Source of the DNA: the human T2T-CHM13v2.0 reference genome, Homo sapiens
Strand: one strand, 5' to 3'
Length of the DNA: 64,000 bases
NCBI RefSeq assembly: GCF_009914755.1
Contig: NC_060932.1
Shown: positions 57,981 through 64,000 of the stretch, in pieces
How the letters are laid out: the number at the start of each line of letters is the position of its first letter
Position numbering within the stretch: the stretch's first letter is position 1
Notes under the pieces: model-generated
The model's input: the letters and a program-made list of their open reading frames with translations, nothing else
Databases searched by the model: none
What the model was told of the DNA's origin: nothing
Position numbers and translations under genes: made by a program

Positions 57981-60900
57981 AATAACTTCCATGTCCCTCC
58001 AATGCTTCTCACTCTCCTTTTTCTCTTCTTTCTTCCTCTGTGCTATGTGCCACGTGTTCCTTCTCAGGAATTTTCTTTTGCAATCAATAAATTATTTAAA
58101 ATCAAAACCCTAAAAGTCATTCGCTAATTTTCCTATTTTATCATTTTCATTGCCCACTTGGTCTACCAGTTCTGACTCCTAATGCAACATATCTATTTTG
58201 TTTTTTCAGCATAGCTTTAGCTCCAGTTCACATCCTCCTCAGGGCTCATCAGTTCATTTCAAAACCTGCTCTGGTCCCCTCCTTCCTCAACCCATCCTCG
58301 CAACTGCCACAATAACTACACTTCTTAAATAATAATGTTTACCGTTTTATTTTACTGACATGACATGGTACACCGTGCTATGGACTTTGAATTTTTTTTT
58401 AAATGCAATGGAAATTCATGAAATGATTTTAACAAAGAGTGACATGATTTAATGTATGTTTAAAAAATGCACTCTGGGTGCTGTGTGAACAGAATTGTGG
58501 GGGCCAAGAAGAAACAGAGGTCATCACAAAACTGTGACCAAATAAAAGATGGAGGCAGTGCAGATGGAGGGAAGAAGACAGCTTAGAAATAGAGCTTGAA
58601 AGTCACAAAATAAAGCAGGGACAAAGCAGTACCAATAAATGTTTTATGATTGGTTAAGAACGCATTTGATTAACTTGCAAAATCTTATGCAAACACACTT
58701 TGTCATTCCCTGACTGGTTCACAGAAAATGTCAGTTGGAATAGTAAATATTCATATCCATTTATTGTATTCAATATGTACCTTAAGTTACCATAGTTAAC
58801 TTATTTCTGCATTGTTTTCTCTTTACTTGCAGTGTTTGTGAGGCAAACATGTTCCAAAGAAGGCCAGAAAAAGCCCAGCCAGGTTGAATTCTGTGGAAAA
58901 TTCACCGAAAAGATACAATGCATTTGAAACAAAACAAAACAAAACCAAAAAACACCTGCAGAAGTCCACTTGAAAAACCTGGGCTTATTCACTCTCTGTG
59001 CCTCCCATATTCTAGAAGATGTCTGCACATAGAATGTACAGAAAAATGTCTGTCTTTGCCCATGATGGGAGAGGAAAGGCCATTGTGTCTCTTGTTAGCA
59101 GATCAAGATTGGCATTAGAGCTCATCGAGGAGAACTGTGTCTTGACCAGCATCCTTGATCACTGAGGACACTGGTGGTCCTATGTTGGTGAGGTGCCAGC
59201 TTTTCACACTCAGTCTTTTTCTAATGCAGTCACTCCAGAGCCATTTCTTAGCCAATGATCTCTGTCCTGTTGTCTCACATAAAGTGAGCAGCCCCATCTC
59301 TGTTACATTCAAGTACTTACTATTTGTGTTCAACTCTTTTGATGATAAGAATGGCCATAGTTTTCAAAGGATCTGGGGTTTTCCACCCATGCTTTCCTGC
59401 ATTTTTTCCCCTTTCATGTCACCATGATCTGCCACCACCCTTGTTCCTACCTGCCCAGGTCATGCCATGTTCCATGAGCATGGAGGTGTGGATTGGTGGC
59501 ACCTCATGATTTTATTTGTTAATGAATTTTTAACAATTAACATAGAAATGATTTGCCTGTATTCAGTAAATTAATATGAATTGAACATAAGAGTAGAGAA
59601 TTCACAGTTTTCTAAGCAACGATTTCTGCTTTCAGGAAGTGTGAAGGCTATTTGAAGGGAGCGAACACCACAATAAAGAGTAGTTCATGATGCCACAGGG
59701 CAAGTACAAATACTCTTTCCCAAAAGCTCACAGGGAGGTGAGGTCTATGTGGGGATGGAATCCACTCACAGAGGAATTTGAGCAGGATCATGAAGGCATA
59801 GAACATGCAGCGATGAAGCCACAGAGAGGAAATGAATGCAAGATGTAATGGCCATGAAAGATTATGAACCAACCCCATGCAGTTTACTGGGTCAACTGTG
59901 CCTATTAAAAGGCATATTTCTTTCATTAGCTATGCACTTTATGATCAGGTTTTATGCCCTGGCCCTATGAAAGGAACTTGAATGTAGAATGTTTCACAGG
60001 CAGGGTGGTCATTTTGATTAGAGCACTTGCCTCCTTACCAGCCCTGCTGCTTCCATAAACATTTCATCAGGAATTTTCATCAGTTCACACTCTCTGTGAG
60101 GCTCTTTAGACATCCGAGCAATGCTGCCAAGGGGATGTTTGGTCTTTTAAATTGTGATGACAAAATAAACTTTTATGAACCCTCTTGCTCAATAAACACA
60201 GCCTGGCATTTTAAATGTCAGCACATCTCAATTTTGTGAGAGGGTCTGCCTGAGAGGATTGACTTGAAACTACACAGCAAAGAGGAGGTGCTAGTCCACA
60301 TTTGCGTGTTCCATTTGCATGAGCAAAATGGACCTGAAGATGGAGCTGCAGCAAGAGGGGAGGCACATGTCCAATAGCAAGGAAGCCATCAAGAATCCTT
60401 TATTCTTGAAGGGGTATGCAACAGACTGGAAAGGATCTCATTTTTCTTTGCTTTAAATGCTTTGGTAAATGTAATATGTTTCTACTTTTGGGGAAAGTTT
60501 AGGGGCTTTCATAATCATGTTTGTGTTGACCTTCAACAAGAGAGATAAGCTGCTATTCAGCCTTTTGAACCCCGAAAAGAGACCCAGGACTCTTATACAT
60601 TAAGTAGTTAATGCTGACTTTATTGCTATACCAATACCATGGTGACCATTTCTGATGAAAGATTAGTAGGTAATCTCAAGGTAGTTCTCAACCTCTTCTT
60701 TCACAAGCAAAGCAAAACAACAATTGTGATATCCATAGTCAATACATTCCTTGATCTCACCTCAGTAACCAACTCTACCACTCCACCCCCCAAGTAGACA
60801 CCCTAGTTGTTTTGCCTCTTATTCTCACAAAGTAACCCTTGAATGATTATCTTAAAGTTAATTTTGCATGTAACAGAAAGTGTAAGATTTGTTCTTTAAA

Positions 60901-62424
60901 TAAAGAGTGAGAGCTGAACTGCACATATCATTTTTTAGGCCCTTCAACTTCTCAGCATGCTTGGTTTAGCCAATGCATGGCATGGCTCAGTTGTTGAGTA
61001 AATATTTGTTAGATGAATATGTGAATCAATACCTAAAATAAGAAGCAGGCATATTGCCATACCTTGCTAAATATCTCTACGGTCCTAAGAGAAGAGGATC
61101 AGTGTTTAGTTTCTTGATTTCCTTAAATGTTAATTTCTATCTATGAATTGTCACAAAATTACACTTATAAATCACTCACATGGTCATGCATTCCCTTTAT
61201 CAGGAACAGCACCTGACACACAAATTCTAAGTAAATATTATTGAATGGATGAGTAGGTGGTATAGCTGGGCTGTGCCTGATTCTGTGTGACCTTGTCTAA
61301 GATTTGAATATTCTAGGACAAATCACTATTTTTTAGAGGATCCTCTGTGAGGTCTAAATATCATTGTGTGGCAAGGTGTAGAAACAAATTTGAGACCACC
61401 ATACTCAAACAAAAACAAAAACAAGACAAAACAAAAAACACCAGGATGGGCACTCCTATTCCATAAAGGCAAGCTAGAGGCCACTGGCCAATTATTGTGC
61501 TTATTTAAAAATTTTAACATTGATTTTTGTTTAGTTCAAAGTTACTCTGGGTTATCTGAGGATTGATTGTCTCTACTCTGTTGCCCAGTTATTTTACTAA
61601 ATTCTGTGACCTTAGGTAAAGCCCTGAATACTTTCGGATCTTCGTTTTCTCATCTGTCAATGGACAAAGTTATCCTTCATAAAAGTGGGCACTTAGGGCA
61701 GTGTCAGATACTTCACAGTTGAAGAGAAACTATAATAATACTTAATTTTAAGGTTTTTAGAAAAAATTTCATTTTATCAGTCAAGCTTTCAAATCTAACC
61801 ATTCAATACCTTCTTTTTCTTTCTGCCTTCAAACTATTTTTAGAATCAGCTGAAAAAAAAAGCCCTGATAATGCAACTTGTTTTCACAGCAGTTCAGTTG
61901 AGCAGAATAACGGACCCTGGGGAGGACTAATTCTTGGCTCTCATTGCCTGGGCTTCTGGGTCTGTGATTAGTCATATACAGTGACTTTAATGGGTCGTAA
62001 AAGGACCATAAATCTATTGCAGAAATGGCCACATCTGTGTTTTAGAAAAGCAGTGGGGGTTTTTTAGTTATTTTATTTTAAAAACTAACCAAAAATTTAG
62101 TCGTTTTTCTATATTTCTTTATTTTAAGTTCTTATTTGCAGGTATTAGGATTAAATGTAGCAGTGTTTTCCATCCTTTGTCTATGTAGTTCAACGTGTAT
62201 GTGATTTTTCTCCAATAGTTTGTCATTTTGAGTATGCTTGAATAATACTCAGCTCAAAGTCAAGTCACCTGTAAGGTCATGAAGCACACTTGTTGACATA
62301 TCCATTGTCCCATTAGACAGAGAACATCTCAGGAGCAAGAACACTGTAATATTCATTACTTTAACCTCCATGACTGTCAGAAAGAGCAGGTAACCAATAA
62401 ATGTTTCTTAATATAAAAAGGGAA

Positions 62425-62808
62425 TAGTCATGCGCCACTAAAGACATTTCAGTCAACAATGGACTACATATGAAACCATGTTCCCATAAAATTATAATAG
62501 AGCTGAAAAGTTCCTATTGCCTAGCAACATTGTAGCCATCACAATGTAGTAATGCAAAGCATTACCTTTTCTATGTTTAGATACACAAATACTTAACAAT
62601 TGTATTACAATTGCCTCAGTATTTAGTAAAGTAACATGCTGTACAAGTTTATACCCCAGGAGCCACATAGCCTAGGTTTGTAGTAGGTTATATAGGTTCT
62701 GATCATTTAGGTGTATGTAAGCATACTCTATGATGTTCGCACAATAAGGAAATTGTCTAATGATGCATTTCTCAGAATGTATCCTTGTCATTAAGCAACA
62801 TGTGACTG
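62425..62808 (-). mobile_element. Tigger3a (MER7A)-like DNA transposon
   Basis: Termini tagtcatgcgcc and aagcaacatgtgactg|ta; gatgcatttctcagaatgtatcc. Confidence 0.85.
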
Positions 62809-63793
62809 TAGTAAAATTTGACAGAAAAAATAATGTTTCTGTGGAAGTCTTCATACTAATTTTTGAAGCAGAATAACTAAGAAAATAAGATCAATGTATG
62901 TAAAGTTCAGGAAATCAATTTTTAAAGATAGGTTTTGTACTAAGCATTTAAATCATCCACATTAACCTGAGAACTTTGCAGCCTTTTCTGACCCCTTCTT
63001 ATGGTGACCTTGCTCGCTCACCCATCCAGTCCTGCTATTCATGGTCTCAGCAATGCCTCACCTATTGACCAGTTAGTTACTCCAAAATCGGTTCCATTTG
63101 TAGCCACTTACTTATGTCAATAGAAACTAACCAATTAATTTAGAAATGGGAAGGGTTAAAAGAAACACATTTCTACCTCCACCTTCACATGAGTTCCCCA
63201 TTGGATTAGCCTTCCAGTTTAAACCAGAAAAAAATAGACTTATCTGGGCATCTGTGGCAGTGTTTTCAATGTCTTTGCAAGATCACTTGAAATATACTGA
63301 TTTTAAGTTAGTATGCTTTCACTGTGCATAATTTGGAGAGCTTAGCAGATAAACGTGGTGAGGAACACAGGACCAACTCTCCTCCAGTGAGAACCTGGAT
63401 CATGTCAGAAGGACTCTGAGGCAGTATGACCCTTTCTGGTCCTACACCTGGTGTTTTTGCCCAGCTTCTAGCAGATGCCTGTAGAGCTGCGGCCTTGTAC
63501 CTGGGAGCAGTGCAGCCAACCTGGTAGACGGTAAAAAACTTGTGGCAGCACTGAGAATGTATCCCAGGCATGAAATCTTTGTCACTATAACCAGGTGATA
63601 ATTTCTACTTGAAGTGATGCAGTTTATACCTCTTTTCCTGGAGTAATTATTTGATAGCACCTTGTTTTTCACTCTCAAAAGTGTTTCGATCTGCTGAATA
63701 AATTAGATGATCGCTCAAAATACAGGATTATATTCTCTGTCAGCAGGATATTTTGGGCTATTTCTAGAAAAATTCTAGAAGAAAGAGACTTAC

Positions 63794-64000
63794 CACACCC
63801 CCCAGGTATAATCCAAAAATGTATAATTCCCATCTCCTGTGCAGATGGTAAGCTGGGTTATCATCTGCCAATCACAGTTCTTTCCAGAGACTGCTGTTTT
63901 AAGGTAAACAATGGGATGAAAGTGACGCCCTGAGGAATCCTTTTGCAGCCAGCGAACTGGCTTTCCAAGGTCAGAGGTGCAAAGTGACATCATGGGATTG
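63794..64000 (-). other. Candidate upstream exon (first exon, or internal exon from a NAGNAG acceptor at 63890/63893)
   Basis: Consensus donor GTG|gtaagt at 63794; possible acceptor ttgtttaccttaaaacagcag|. Confidence 0.45.

Overview
Primate, most likely human, genomic DNA: AT-rich, CpG-poor, with no CpG island and no protein-coding gene I recognise. Much of it is transposon remnants: nested L1PA/L1M, about 14 Alu/FLAM copies, MLT1/MLT2/MER4/MER50 LTRs, Tigger2a/3a, MER5, MER45A, MIR and L2. Repeat families were assigned from memory of consensus sequences and need RepeatMasker confirmation. Most ORF-track entries are repeat-derived or chance ORFs. Points of interest: (1) a chain of canonical minus-strand exon candidates (63.8, 25.9, 20.4 [27 nt], 13.6, 12.2, 9.5 and 9.0 kb), the first five of which splice into a 127-codon open frame; (2) a plus-strand exon chain at 52.9-59 kb, antisense to it; (3) a 41-unit TA-rich minisatellite whose GGAGCAAT core is the reverse complement of its own two flanks, next to a 203-bp templated copy of sequence 2.8 kb away; (4) a ~360-bp inverted duplication whose loop holds exon candidates; (5) a near-spacerless ~375-bp palindrome of MLT1 LTR halves; (6) a GGAA microsatellite and several small fold-back scars. 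All exon and ORF models are by-eye predictions with no expression data.
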